In this document: positions 49,361 to 63,279 of the stretch, in pieces
Layout: each line of letters starts with the position of its first letter
How positions within the stretch are numbered: the first letter of the stretch is position 1
NCBI GenBank assembly: GCA_036172245.1
Contig: JAYWIR010000007.1
Span: 3,472,001-3,536,000 of the forward strand
DNA: 64,000 nt
Reading direction: 5' to 3'
Origin: Raillietiella orientalis
Taxonomy: Eukaryota
The notes under the pieces: generated by a model
Database searches by the model: none
Told to the model about the DNA's origin: nothing
Seen by the model: the letters and a program-made list of their open reading frames with translations, nothing else
Translations under genes and position numbers: made by a program

Positions 49361-50749
49361 TCCTGAGAGACGACACTTTTCACGGACGCACCACGGCGAC
49401 GGACACGATGCTGTGATGCTGGAAATCGTGGAAAAGGAAAGAGAAAACTTCACGCTCTCGACCTTCCTTGTTGCGGGGGTCGCACGAGAAAGTGTTGACG
49501 GTGCACGTTTTCCCTCGCAAGTACGGACGCCTCCGTGTACATTCGAAGCATCTCCCTGCTTTCCGTACTCAGCCACGTCTCTTTGCCTCCCCCGTGCAAA
49601 CCACTCGAAGACGTTCGTCTCCAAAGCCCGCAGTTGCCGCGTCGGCAAAAATTGCACCCGCGGTGAGGAATGATGGGAACCACCTGCATGCAGAATCCGG
49701 GTCCACCGGGATGTGCAGGGAAGCTGGAATTTGGGGGGGATAGGTCAGGTGGGAGCGCGGATTTTTCGTTCCTGGAGATCCCGCATTGCGAGAAAACCAA
49801 AGAGAAGCAAATGTAATCCTGGAGAAGAAAAGTCTTGGACAAAGATACGGCACGGGAAGAATGCGATCGGATAAAGTACTGTGGAGAGCACATGAAAGAC
49901 AGATGAAAGCAAGATGCAACCTGGGAAAGATTTTCCAGAGTCGCATTTTGAGATGGACGACCAATCCTTCATTCCAGTTATGGCGATGTCTGAATTTTCG
50001 TCGCAAGGGAGCTGAAGTGGAAGCAGACTCCTGCATGTCGAGGGATGCAGAAAAGAGCAGTTTGAGGAATTCTGCAAGACTGCGACTCAATCGTGACTCA
50101 GAAGAAAAGAAAAAAGTGGTGGACCGAAATGCTTTCTTGTGCCCCTTGCATCATGAGTTCGAAACCAAAGAGTGTGGTTGAAAGAAGTGCATGTATTCGA
50201 TGCATTTGATTTGAATGTTTGGAAGAATGCATTTCATTACAGCTGATTGAGTTGCCGTGAGAACTATTTTAACTTTGAGATTCAACTGAGAAAAGCGACC
50301 GCGGGGAAGTTTGTATTGCCACTGTAAATTTTTCTGTAATTTTTCTTTTTCTACTTAAGCTTTTTGCAAGGTTTGATTTTGTGTCACCCTTGTACCAGTT
50401 TTGGAATCGAGAATTTTTTCCGAAACAATTGACTTTTAATGATTTGAAAATACAAAGCTTTGACGCTTTGTGAGGACTCCTCTTGGTTTCAGGTGCTACT
50501 GCTCATTTTAGTTGAAAAATTATCAGTTTATGCTGTTTGCATTCTTCAATATGTGATTTTTTATTTGTTTCTGGTAGAATAATGATCTATTTGCATTCTT
50601 ATGCAAGGCATGCATTTTTCCGAAATGTGTGCCTTGCATAAGAATCAGCCAGAGCTGCGAACTTTCGGAATGGCCATTCGGTTGCATATCCCGTGCATTC
50701 AATGCATTCCCTGATTGTGCAGCGAGATTTTTTTTTTTTTTATTGGGCA

Positions 50750-52740
50750 GGGGGATCCCATCTCCCACGCTGGTTGTCTCCGAAGGGGAAGCCCGAAGGG
50801 AATCTCCTTCCTCATTCTCACCGGAAGGACACCCCCCGGGAGGGAGATGCTCCTCTCCATTTCATCTTCTCCGAAGGGCATCCAGAAAGGATCCGCTAGT
50901 AGGAATTTCTTCTTCGGAGGGAACTCGCAAGGGAACCGCTCGCTTCCCGGCAGACATATCCGTGTCCCTGCCCCCCCAATGCCTGTTCCCACCTCCTTCC
51001 GACATTCAACCATCCGCTCGTGCGGCATCAGTTGCTACACCCGGTAGGAAATCACATCTCTGATCCCGTCGGCGTCTCAGGAAGACTTGCGCGCCAACAA
51101 CAGTAACAGTAAAGGAGGTAGCATATCTTCCGCTAAACGATCCTCGCGTTCAGCTGCAACCCAGCATCCTGCGGTCACAGTTAGCATTGCACCGTGGATC
51201 CTCCTCCCTCTCCTGGGTGTGATTCTAAGGCAAAGTGAGTTGGCACGCAGAATGGGTGAGCTCTTGGGTACACTCTTGGGTGAGCCCGCAGATTCTGTGC
51301 TTGTATCCGTTGCTAAGATACCGATGAGCCAGCGGGGCTGATGCTCACTCGGTATTGTGCCATTCCGACGGGATGTACTCGCTTTCTTTGAATCAGCAGA
51401 CCTTGGGGGAGAGCGACGTAAAAGAGTGGAAGATCTTTGCACCCACCCCGAACGCTTAGCCTTCCGGACGCGGAATGCGTGCTCCAACAGCTGGAAAATG
51501 TGCAGAGTGTCGAAGGCGCGCCCAGCCACCGTTGAACTTTCAGCGGAACTTTTTTTTTGTTACTCTCTTGCGCTGCCGCGCAAATGCGCGCGCTAATTTT
51601 GCTTGTTCTAATGTGCAATGTGCTGCCCACACAGATCTCCATCACCGTGGACGACGTTCTCAAGGAGAGCATGAGCACACCGAGGGACCGTTTACCGTGT
51701 TGTTGTCCCGCAGAATCTCCGTCGGCGGCAGGGAGCACACGACAGCATTGCCCGGAGTCCGAGAGGTGGATAACCTGTAAGGGTGAATGAAAAACGTGAG
51801 CACCCTCTGAGGGTGCACGTTTGCTGCCGTTGGCCAAACAAAGAACTCTCTTTCGATAAACAGTACACCCTTCTCTGATCCTCTGCTCGAGTCGGTCCCT
51901 CGAGATCCCTTTTAGCCGTAAAGAATGAAAAAAAATTGGACATGAAAATTACTAGTCCGCTCGTAGCGTTTTTCCCGCGTTTCCAAGAAGTAGGGAGAGC
52001 AGCTGCTTCGTGGACGCGGACAAAACATCCTGCTACTCGACGTTGAGTCTAAGGGCTCCCGTTTCCGTGGGAGCGTTACCACCTTACACATTCATAGAGT
52101 TCGAGGTCCTTCGGGTTCTCTAAAGAGAACCCCGAAGGGACGCTTCTGAAATTCAGGAGTGCTGCTTTCCGCAGGGTGATCGCTCTCGCTTCCTTCCTTG
52201 CACTCTCTGGATAGGTGACGATGCAACTGCTTCCATCAGAACGACTCCAAAGGGTTCCTCCCGCAAAGAGGGGGTCCGCTCTTTTAACAACTGGAGAGGC
52301 GCCCGTGGAGGCTCCATCTTGAACGTACCGGAGGGGTCCCCCCCCCGTGGGATGGGTCCGCTCTCCGTTGTACGACCGGAGGGGGAACTCTCCACTGCTT
52401 GATTCCTGGAAGGACCCGAAGGTCGTCTCCCATTGTTCCGGCCTTCATCGAGGGCCATCGGTTTTAACCGCTAACGGTGTCACGCCAGAATGTTTCGGCC
52501 AACCAGAGCCATTGCATGAGAAACTCGGAACCCAACGACGCAACGGCCTCAGCTTCTGCCGAAGTATTCGAACCCGCGACGCGTGGTGCCAAAAGTCGCG
52601 GAAGTCTTGACCACAAAGCCTCCGACACGGGCAATTGCGCAGAGAGATTCGCGCTTGGGAGAAACCAACGCAATGATCTGCAGGATGAGCATCAACTTTG
52701 GAGCGCTCACCCTTCGAGTTGGAAATCTGGCTGACCCAGC
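50750..52740 (-). mobile_element. Decayed L1/Tx1-type RT fragment
   Basis: 'AGRAFDTLHIFQLLEHAF...GWVQ' (D.EKAFD.V.H..L...W motif) in a GC-rich block. Boundaries approximate. Confidence 0.6.
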
Positions 52741-53101
52741 AGAGGTTATTTTATAAGAATCGAACCACACTCATCGTGCGGAAAGAGTGCCCTAAAAAGG
52801 CGAGAAGGAACGATAGGATGAAAGAAAGCTGCTCAATTCTGTGACTGTTTCAGGGAACAGAAAGCAATTCAAGACTAGAAAAAAATGGTTTAAAGGGCAC
52901 AAGAGTTTAGGTGCATCACAAGGACCGTGCACTCTGCCGGGTATACGAGGCATCGTCCAACATTATACACTGATCACTGCAAAACGAAGTTGTCGATATG
53001 TGTGTTTCTTCGTGATGCACCACAAAAGTGAAATGATGGATATGAAGTCCGGCGCACTCTGAATAGGTAAACTCGAACGTTTAGCGTCTCACTACAGTGT
53101 C

Positions 53102-56100
53102 TCAGACGCGAACGCTGTCTTCTACGAGCGCTTCCACGCTCATCTTCTTTAATATCATGTTATTAGCCGCTCCCTCGATCGTTTCGAAATCAACATTTGG
53201 GAAGGTTTTCCAGAATCCTGTCTTCTGGGACCACAACCGATTCTGCGGGCTTCTGATACCGTGCAGAATTCTCGCCACGTCGAATCCCGACCACGTTTTG
53301 TCCTCCATGTGCCTGTCAAGGAATTGCTTCACAGCAAGTTCAAGTTCCTTTTCGACCTGAAAAACGCATTGAGAATCGGACTTCTTCTCCGTCCGCTTGC
53401 AAACCTCGGGTTCATTTGCCCCGACGTCTCGAAGAACCGCGGCTCGAACATCTTGCTCGACGTACTGAGACGACAGGGCTTCCAAGTGGATGGCCGATGT
53501 CCTGAGGAACAGAAGTCGGTTTGCCAAGATCACCAGTCTCCGAACTCACTTGGAGCACGCCGCAAGGAAAAAGGATAGCAAGTGAAATCTCAGACCCAAC
53601 AGGTGCATCGCCGAGGCGTAAACGTCATCCAGCAGCGTATCCAATTCGCTTCCCCCCATCTGCTCTTCCACGTGCACGCAGAAGCTCCAGTCGGAGAAAC
53701 GTACGTTAATGCGGTGCTGCTTTGACAATTTCCACAGGAGGTCACGAACCACGAACGGCTCGAACCCCATCACGTCGGCAACGCTTGCAACGCTGATGGA
53801 CGCCTGCCTCCGGATCCTTTTATTCAAACGGAGAGTCCCACTCAGGAAAGAACTCTGGGTCATCGCTTTAGTGTCCGCACGAACCACGAGGCCACTTACC
53901 TTCTCCAGAATATCTCGGATATTTTTCGTCCCTGAGTAATCTGTCAGTATGCACGTGGCGTATGACCACCGCTGCAACGACACTTTTGAGATCGGGTGCT
54001 GTGACAACAGCAGCAGTAACATTTCTATTGTTTCCTGGTTCAAATCCAACTTCTGCTGCAGCTCGCTGGCGGACAACGTTTTGTAATAACCCTTTGATCC
54101 TGAGGTTGTAGAACGTTTGGGAGGCGAGAACACCGCCTCCAGCAATTTGCGAATCATGAGACGGGTAGTCCTGTGTGCGTTAATCTCCCTCTTCAGTTCG
54201 AAGACAGCATCATCCTGCAAACTTTCACTAAAAGCCTGGCAACTGATCTCATCTACCTGATCGGCGCACAACACGCAACACTCTGCTTGGCACTCCTTCG
54301 TATCGAGCATCGATATATGGGACACGAAACTATCGAATCCCAAAGGCATATCGTAAAACACCAGGTACCTCACCCCGTAGTAGCACAGACCAACAGTGAA
54401 AGAGACACTTGCTACAAGGATGTGAATCTGCCCTAAAATTGCTCCAAGGATGCCGAAGCGCCTGCGGAAATGCAACCAAGGTTACCCTTCTGTAATCTGT
54501 CCTCCACCTGCCGGCGGTGATCCGACGACGATTGCTCATGGTACGTTTCCAGAATGGGCTTCTTCATCGACGCGTTGCAGCCCTGGAAGCAACGACAGCG
54601 TCGGCTCAAGTCAACAAAACTCGACTCGCACCTCCAGAAAAAAGTGGATCACAAGTGCCACTCGCTTACAGCTCTGGGACTGCGAACAGCAAATCAGCAT
54701 GGGAAAAGAGACATTCTTTTGGATCAATTCAGTCAGTTTCTGAAATGGGAACCACTTCCAGGTGGTTTACTTCTCCGAAGCAACTTACTTTTTCTTTCTC
54801 GGAAGTACGCACGGCATTCACCACGAGGCTGTTGTACTCTTCCTGATATTTCACCGTGGCAACATGCGAATCGGCATCGCCAGCGGCAATGCTCTTCCGA
54901 ATTTCGGCAGCCCCCGACGACGTCACGCAGGCGCACAGCGCTAAGATCGGCACGCCCAAGGATTGCCGAACGAACTAGCGATGCAAATCATTAACAAGAC
55001 ACATAGCGTACGTTCTGTCATGAACATGAATTCAGAGTTTAGAAATGACAGCCTCTTTCACACGTTCGATTCGCGGCACATTTCATAAAGTGTGCCCCTA
55101 TTCTCTTCCAAAGAGGAGGATTGATATCGACGGGTGTGATATCGATGAATGATTTTCGAAGCCTACTTATTTAAGGAGTCTGCGAAGAAATTTCCAGGCG
55201 TACAGATTATCGTTATTTTCTTTGATTTTATTCGCTGTAAATCGATGAACTTATCTCGTTACACAACCACATGCAAAAACCGAAATCTAGGGAAAGGAAA
55301 TCGCCATTTCTCCAGCAAATATGGGTGAATTCACCCTTATTTGCTTTGCGCGGAAGCAAGCATGCAAGACTCCTGCAGTTGACCAGAGGCAACTGCGAGG
55401 CTCTTTGCAAAAGGGCCTCCCAGTTGTGTTTTTGAAGGAACCCTTTCGACCGAATGGAATCGGGTAGAAACATGCACTCCTTTCTTCCTAGTGATTACCT
55501 GCACAAAATGCCAGTGGATCGGATGGAAATTGAGAGAAGACATGGTCAAACACTGAGCTTCGGGAACGCACACGAAGGCTATTTTCTGACCAATCTCCAG
55601 CAAATTGTTCACTTGGTGCAAAAAGGTCTTTGGAGTAATGTAGAGGATGGACGCACATCCTTTCTTGAGCATTTTTAGCATTCTATGTTGCTCACTCCAT
55701 GTCATTTCTTCATGGAGGAATATGCCCTTTAGGAAGTTGGGTAATTCCCTCACCTAGAACGCATGGAAGTGATTTGGCAGGTGAAAATTTCAACTTACCT
55801 CTTTTTCCATTTTGGAAATCAAGGAAGTGACAACAACAGTCAAGGCCTTGCATTTCTGGTAAAAAAGATGCGCACATGCTTGATAACACAATTGCTGACT
55901 CCGAACACAATTATTGATCAAAAGTGTACTGGAACCACTCAGAATTCGATAAAGTACTTGTTCATGATGTGGACGAACACCAACACCAGAAGCTAGTTCC
56001 ATCATGGATAATGAACAATCAGCTGAAATGATTACAAATTTCAAGTTAGACACACAAGTCAGTCTGGTCCATTGCTGCACAAATTCAATACGGGGTTAAG

Positions 56101-58788
56101 GGCACAAGTGTTCACATGCACCAAAAATAATTTATCTATTTGCAAACCGGCACCGTTCAATTATGAGCCTGCAAACTTTCTGGTCCATAAAGTTTTCCTG
56201 ATATTGGATTGATGCATTGGCATTTCGATTGCATGGAATATTTGTTTCTGACTGGTATAAATAGAATGATCAAATTACTCGAATTTGTGAGAAAGGAAAA
56301 TGTGCCAGAGACATCCTGTGCATGTTTACTCAGAGATGAATATCTTTTTCTTCAATGAAAGAAAATGGCTGTTATGCACATCAAACCAAGTCATGTACGA
56401 GCATTGTTTAACGGACCCAAAGAGACTGGAATCTACAAATAATCCTACATGTTTCCACTATCAGTTTTCATATTGCAGTTTTTAATCATAATTCAATGAT
56501 GTTTAGATTCCACTAAAGTCTATAGGGCAGAACCAAGGCTCAATGCATCCTATGACTTTTGTTAGGACTGTGACATTCACATCGGAAACATTCGATTCCA
56601 AAATGTCATCTTTAATAATGATAAAGGCGCACGAGTAATGTGCATTTTCTTTGCAATAGTCGTTAACAATCTTCGAGACGCTTCAATCCGGTAGTTGATT
56701 TTACTGACTCATCAAACAAAGCATGCCACACGCACCACTGTTGAAATTCTTTATCATACTGAAAACCACTTGCAGGAAAATTTTTGCTGCCTTTAATTAG
56801 AACAACTTTCATTCAGCTAATAAACGAACACCCATGTATACTTATGGCTATCATTTAGGGTTTCATTTATCCATCTTAAAGTAACAGTCCACATCAAAAA
56901 TTCGTTAATCGGAACGTATTTCAAAACTTTCACAATACTCAAAAATAATTTCAATTCCTTTTACTTGTAACTTTAAAAGATTCAACATTACCTTCCTCAT
57001 TGATCTGTTCCTTGGAAAAATAAAATGGAAGTTTGGCATCTCCAAAGTCCTAAGAAAAAGAAGAAAACCATACATGAGGAGCATCCCATTCAAATCTTGA
57101 TGGCAGTAAACAGCAGTGCTAAAAATTATGAGTATGATATAATGCTCCATGCACACATATTTCCGAGTTTATTATGCAATAAGTGTACAGTGCAATAGTA
57201 AACATAAATAGGGATACTAATTGCATTCCAAAATGGGTGCTGTGTATGATAATGAATTTATGTTGTACAAAAATCAAAATAAAAACACAGTCAATACAGC
57301 ACAACTTTAGACAAAGAAATTATCCACACACATCCACAAGGATACATACAAGTTTTAATAGGTATTCATCAACTTGTTTCTTGGATGTTCTCCCTGTTTC
57401 TAAGCCATCTAATGCTTCCATGAGATCAAGGCCAGTTTTATAGGAATCAACGTTTCCTGATGAAACTCCATCTACAAAACGGAACTTAACACAAAAGCAT
57501 GAAGGTTTCCATCTCAACAATTACATCACAACAAAAGACATCATATCACAATCAGCATGTTATGGTAAATAGATTCAGATAATCTTTCTGCTTACATTTA
57601 TGATGCTGTAATATATACATAACGATATCAAAAGGATGCACAACTTTCTTCAGTGAAATGATTAAACAGTATTAATTTGGAAAATGAATGATCAGTTGCT
57701 TTTCATTGAATTACAAACAGTCAGAAAATATTTAATCTGTGGCAATAAGTTTGGCATTCTGAAATCACTGGCCAACATACTGCTGTTCTGACTGGTTGGT
57801 TTACAAAAAAATCCAAAAATTATTTTGATCCAAAACTTTTGAGTAGGTTATCTGCTAAGCAAAACATTCACAATGCTATCTGTACTTACTATTGGATTAT
57901 CTAATAAAAACATAGGTACAGTTCACAGTGAACGCTTCTTTTAAAATACATAGTATTGCTTAAATTACATGCAATTTACTGTAAACACTGTTCTTTATGA
58001 ACTCATATAAAGGTTACAATCAACAATTACATACTTGACACTTTTAGTTTATCTTTCTCTTGTAGTTTTCTCATTTTATATTTCCATTTTTCTCGCATAA
58101 ATTTTTTATGTTTATTTGATTCATGTTTGACAAACGTTTCCTTCCTTAAATTCAGTTTACAAAAGTTGGGCTTCTTCCACAGTTTAGTAGTTTTTCTCTT
58201 ATTCATTGACTTTGAAACAAGAGACTCTGGAAGTGCCTTTGAATCCATGGCATTTAATGTAGAGTTCAGCTCAGGATTTCCTTCTGCATGCAATAAATCC
58301 GTGTGTTTTATCAAGTCCGAATATTTCTTGCTTTTGATAGAAATGGCAAAAACATTTTCTGCTAAGTCCTTTGACTCCTTTGTTGACATATGACTAATTA
58401 CACTAACAGGTAATAAATCTTTTTTTTCTGTACTAATAGATGTCGTTTTACATTCAAAAGGATGCATATTAAAATGAAAGACTTCGTCAAAACTAATTTT
58501 TCGCTTTTTACACCATCTACTATCAGTTTCTTCATTTACATAATCAATTTTATACTGAGGAAACTTTTCCATTTCATCTGGGTTTATCCCATTAACAGCA
58601 GATTGTTCCACATAAGAATTAGGTTCTAATGGTCTCTCTTTAATTGTCACCAGTTTTAATTTAGAAAATAAATCAGCATTGGACAGAGAACTTGAGGGGA
58701 TGGTCTTATGCTTTCGACTCCTTTTAGGCATGCCGAGTTCAGCACCCCAAATTCTGCATTTTGTTGAACTTTCCTCTTCTTCAATCAT
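53102..58788 (-). CDS. RecQ4: RecQ4/RECQL4-like protein with degenerate helicase motifs (multi-exon; the start and exons in 56100-58000 are tentative)
   Basis: RecQ4-specific blocks 'WGAEL', 'NFCKLNLRK..FV...KFMREKWK', 'LYRILSGSSTLL...LCYQ', 'QKLDLNQETIEMLL', 'DVARILHGIRSP...FW...DFE'. Helicase-region exons (56022-55799, 55753-55499 and downstream) are GT-AG and in phase. Confidence 0.85.
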
Positions 58789-61449
58789 TATTTGTTTGTG
58801 TTATATGATTTCCATTATTTCCAATATACTTGTTCAGATGCTACTTTTATCCCTTGTTGTATGTTGCCTATCTGTATCCAACAAATGTCTCAGTGAATTC
58901 CAGGGATTTCTGTTCGGACTATCACTCTTCCTTTCTACAAAAGATCATATTTTTTGTTAATGCAATTTGGCAGAAAATAAAGACTGTGCAAAGGTTTTAT
59001 TATCTCTTTGGAGATCCTCTTTTGTTTGTAATTTTGAAATGTTGAAAGACCCCATTAAATTATCAATTTTTTTTATGGTTGCAAAGCATTCTCGGCAATG
59101 ACAATAGACAATCTCATTATTAATTATTGAAAAAAATACAACGATCGGAATGAAAAAAATAAACAACCACAGATTGGAGATGCAAAGACAGTTTCATATT
59201 GAAAAGAGGCAATTTATTAATGTGGAATCCTAAGTGCCTGACCAAGCAAGGATCATAAAATGTCTAATTGTGCCACATTAATTTGGAATAATACTAGTGC
59301 AGTACAAGTTCTCATGTAATTCATAGGAAATTTACAAGTATTTTAGTTTGACAACAAAGTCCAAATTCTGCAAATAGAAAGGAATGTGTACCCTTTTCAA
59401 TCCCTACAACTTGAAGAATGAAAAAACACTGATTTGCGAAATTGTTTTCCAAAAGCGTTCACATACAGAATCCGGCAGCACTCATGATGTGCAGGATCTG
59501 GCAATTTAACATTATGCATGCATGAAAACTGCTGTGGATATACAGGAATCAGAACAAACAATTTAAACCAAAATAACAGAAGAAGCCTTGTAAACCTGAT
59601 CACTCAAAGTTCCAAAAATTACGTAAAGTAAAATTCAGAGGGAAAAAATTTTGGAGAAATTATGTAAGATAAAATTGAATTGGGTTGGAAAGCATTCATG
59701 TACATATAGGGTTGAACTGCTGCTTTTACATTTGCAAGACATGCTTAACAAAGCCGTTTGTACAACACTCACTCAATAAAGAACGTTAAAGTTACATATG
59801 CAGGTATAAGTTAATTTTCAAAAATAGTTGATATAACAGTCTAAACTACTGATGAAATAAGCCGTGTACATCTTGCAAAACAATCCACTTCATAGTATTT
59901 GATTAAAACTTTTCCTATAGTGGTTTTTCAGTAAAGAGACCAAAGATCGAGGTTTAATTCAATTAAAGAAATGAGCAAAATATTACTATTGCTGAAAGTG
60001 AATAGGGAATTTGGTAAAAAAATGAATAAATTCAAAAATGATTTATTAATCATAATTAATGGACAATGCATCGTAAGCAACAAGTAGTTTTCGGGAACAC
60101 TGATCATCCCTGAAAACTTCAAGAAAATAAACATCTGTTGATAATGTACAAAACCACTAACGTTTAGAATAAGGCTATCCGGTTTGTTGTACACAGGACC
60201 TCACAGAGCAATGAAATATTGAATCACCCGCCCAAGCAGTGTTGCACCCTAAGGTTTTATACTCATGACCATTCGACGCGAGGTTTTCGGATTCCATTGG
60301 ATTCGGCAAGTTAGCCATTCCTACATTCCCTCATATTAAGGTTGACATTCCTTTTGCATGCATGTTCTTTTTCGTTGTTGCACACTCGATGATACATCTT
60401 GGGCCCATTTCTTATCATAAGGCCAAGTGATATACTCGACGTACTATGAAGCTCCGTACTTTAATGGTCTTAAAATTCGATACTTTGATGTTTTTATGTA
60501 TATGCTCTTTTAAATGCGCTAGCTTTTAATGAGTAGCACTTTTTAATAAGAGAAACATACGTCAGCAAAGAAAATAATGAAGAGAACTACTAATTAATCA
60601 TGTAAGTTGGATCCTGATTATTTAAAGGAGAAATACTAATTAAAAAGAATTAACATTGCAAGGTTAAGGAGATACGTCATTTGAGTTGGCTTAAGAAATC
60701 GTGAAGGCACAGATGTGACAACTGGCTGAGACTGACCAGTTTACTTCGCATTAATCACGTCAGCCTGAAGAACGAATATGCCAACTCGAAATGTATTGCA
60801 GCACATCACAAAAACCAAAACGGTTAGGAAAATAAAAACTGCATTCTCCCAAAGCATTTTTGAAGTATGAATGAAAATTAATCATTTTGGAAATATTCCA
60901 ATTCTATGATTACTTTAGCGAAAACATTTTGTTTCTTTAACAACTGAAAATAAAAAGAAACTCTATCATTTGAGACAGGATTGAAGACTTATTAATCTTA
61001 TTATTCCAGCATTTCAAATGAGGCATGAGTTTCAGTTTAGACCAGATAGGAACCTAGTAAGATGTGTCATCTTCGTCTAATAACACACGTTTGTATACTA
61101 ACTAATACAGAAAAAATATTGAATATTTTGGAGAAATTGTGAGCTTTTTCTTGTTGTTAGTTAACTAAAGAATCATTAGTTAAGTGTGATTTCCCGTTTT
61201 CTTTATTTATCATGCCGATAACATGCAAAAAGAAAACCACAGTTTCCTTAACAGCACTGTAATCTATTGAGAACCCCTTCACAACTCGCCTTGCCAAGAA
61301 TGCTACTATACAATTTGCTAAGATACAAAGTTTGTACATTCAAAACCCTTTGAAATCTTGCCTAGGTCCGACAAGTGAATTTATTTAACAACCATATTTT
61401 ACATTGCAACCATTACGAACAAAACACGATTCACTCCCAGTTTTTGCTT

Positions 61450-63000
61450 ATGGCAACACTTGAGGCATTTCGCCTTTCGCGGATGGTCTTTCGTCTTTAT
61501 CCTTACATTGCGAAGGAAGGAAGACAGAGTTGTACATCTGGTCGGAGATCCTCCCCCAACTGCAACTTCCTATTTTCTGATGTGGTCGACAGGAAGGAGG
61601 CCATCGAAGATTACAGGACTTTCTTTTTTTTTTGCCTGGGAGAAGTCCACCGTCTGTTTCCAGCAGATTTTCCATCACCTGTGTTGCTTTCCGACTCGAC
61701 AAAATCTGTCGATTCTCCCTTTTCCTGCTTCATTAAACAAATAGCCCTTGTTACTTTCCTCACCAGAGGCGGACTTGTTTGCACTGCTTCGATGATTGTG
61801 GCTCTCGCCTCTTTCACTGCTCTTTGCGTTTCATGGCGCTGCTTTTCGTCTGCTTTTGTGTAGTGGATCCCCGCGTGGAGGGTGTAGGTAGGCAACAGAA
61901 TTTGTTCCTCCTGTTTCCCGGCGATGTACGGACGAATCACGTCCTCAAATTCAGCGTTTACACGCTGCTTGTCTTCCTCAGTCAATACTTGCGCTGCGCT
62001 CGAACTCCGCGATCTTTTGCTTGCATTCCTCGATGGCGCGGCTTTCTGCCTCCGCTACTGGAGGAGATGGAAGTCATCCACAGCCAACTGCTTTCTTCCC
62101 TCTTGGGGCTTCTTCTTCTGCTGCTGCTTGTCTAGGAGGCTTGTGTCGCTGACTGTGGAGGGAAGGGGGAGCTCCGCTTGTTGCTCCGCCTGCCTCCTGT
62201 TCGACTCCACTTCGGGAAGCGGAGGCAGTCCTCGGGTCACGAGCAATCCTTCTTCACGTAGCCCGAATTTTGCAGTAGTAACACTGCGAGAGTCTGGAGC
62301 AATCCTTGATAAAATGGCCGATTTAGCCGCAATTAGAGCATCGCGCCTTGGGGCAGGAGCCCACGCGGTGGCCGAACTCCTGGCAGCCCGTGCAAAAAGT
62401 GGGCTGCAGGCAGTACCGCATCTGCACATCCTGGGAGTGCTCGTCGGAGGCGGCGACGACTTCCGGGGTCCTCTCGTCAGGGAACAACTTCATTTACACC
62501 ATGGCCTCCCCGGAAAAGATCTCTTCGATGTGGTTGCGGAATGCAACCTTCTTAACTTCACCGTATTGAGAGGAAAAACTCCCACACGTCTTCCTAGTTG
62601 GTATCGCAGTGTATAACGGTCCGGTAAAGAGGGGCCGTTGACAGTTCCACGAGGAACTCCAGCGGCTCCTCGTTCCTAGTATACACGGCAAGTTCTCTCG
62701 CTCATGGAACGATGGCTTTGATTTTCTGGAAATCAACGTCCTCTTTATGGAATGCCACGTAGACGTCTCACATGTTGACGAGTCGCAGCAATCCCGTTCG
62801 GAACGTGATTTGTTTGGCTTCCTCTTCAACTTCCTCCACGGTTTTCTTCACTTGTTCAACTTCAAAGGTGGTGGCTCTCGTCGGCCTCGCCATTGTCACC
62901 GCCGCCGTGTTCCGTGTTGTTGGCTGCGAAACTTCCACGGCCACGTAAGACAGCGGCGGCTGCGTCGTCGTCATTGCCAGCGGTAGCGCGTCACCTCCCT
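61450..63000 (-). pseudogene. Gag-like retroelement ORF1 with three CCHC zinc knuckles, disrupted; no ORF2 follows
   Basis: 'SQYGEVKKV...IFSGEAMV*MKL', 'CTGCQEFGHRVGSC', 'CSNCG*IGHFIKDC', 'CYYCK-(frameshift)-GYVKKDC'. AATAAA on the minus strand at about 61380. Confidence 0.8.
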
Positions 63001-63279
63001 GAAGGTGCCGGGCTGGCATACCTTTATTGGCTTGGGGATCGCCATACAGCGTACGGTCCCTGAGAGAGAGGGAGCTTGCATCTTCAAGTCCTCCACACTT
63101 GAAACTGTCCGGGGACAGTCCAAGGTTCTGGAGAGCGAGGGCAGTGTTCACGGGCGAGGAATGTTCACTCCACACACTCGGAAAAACTGCTCTTCGAACC
63201 TTTTGGCCGGAGTCCGCGCGAACGCAGTCTCCCAGCCTAAAAATTATGCTTCTGAGTAACCCACGTGTGGGGTTGTCGC

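Noticed and set aside
49786..50181. 131-aa ORF divergent from Pdp
   Set aside because: Non-ATG start in the track and no recognisable motif or splice structure.
61924..62616. 230-aa plus-strand ORF
   Set aside because: Antisense shadow of the gag-like ORF1.
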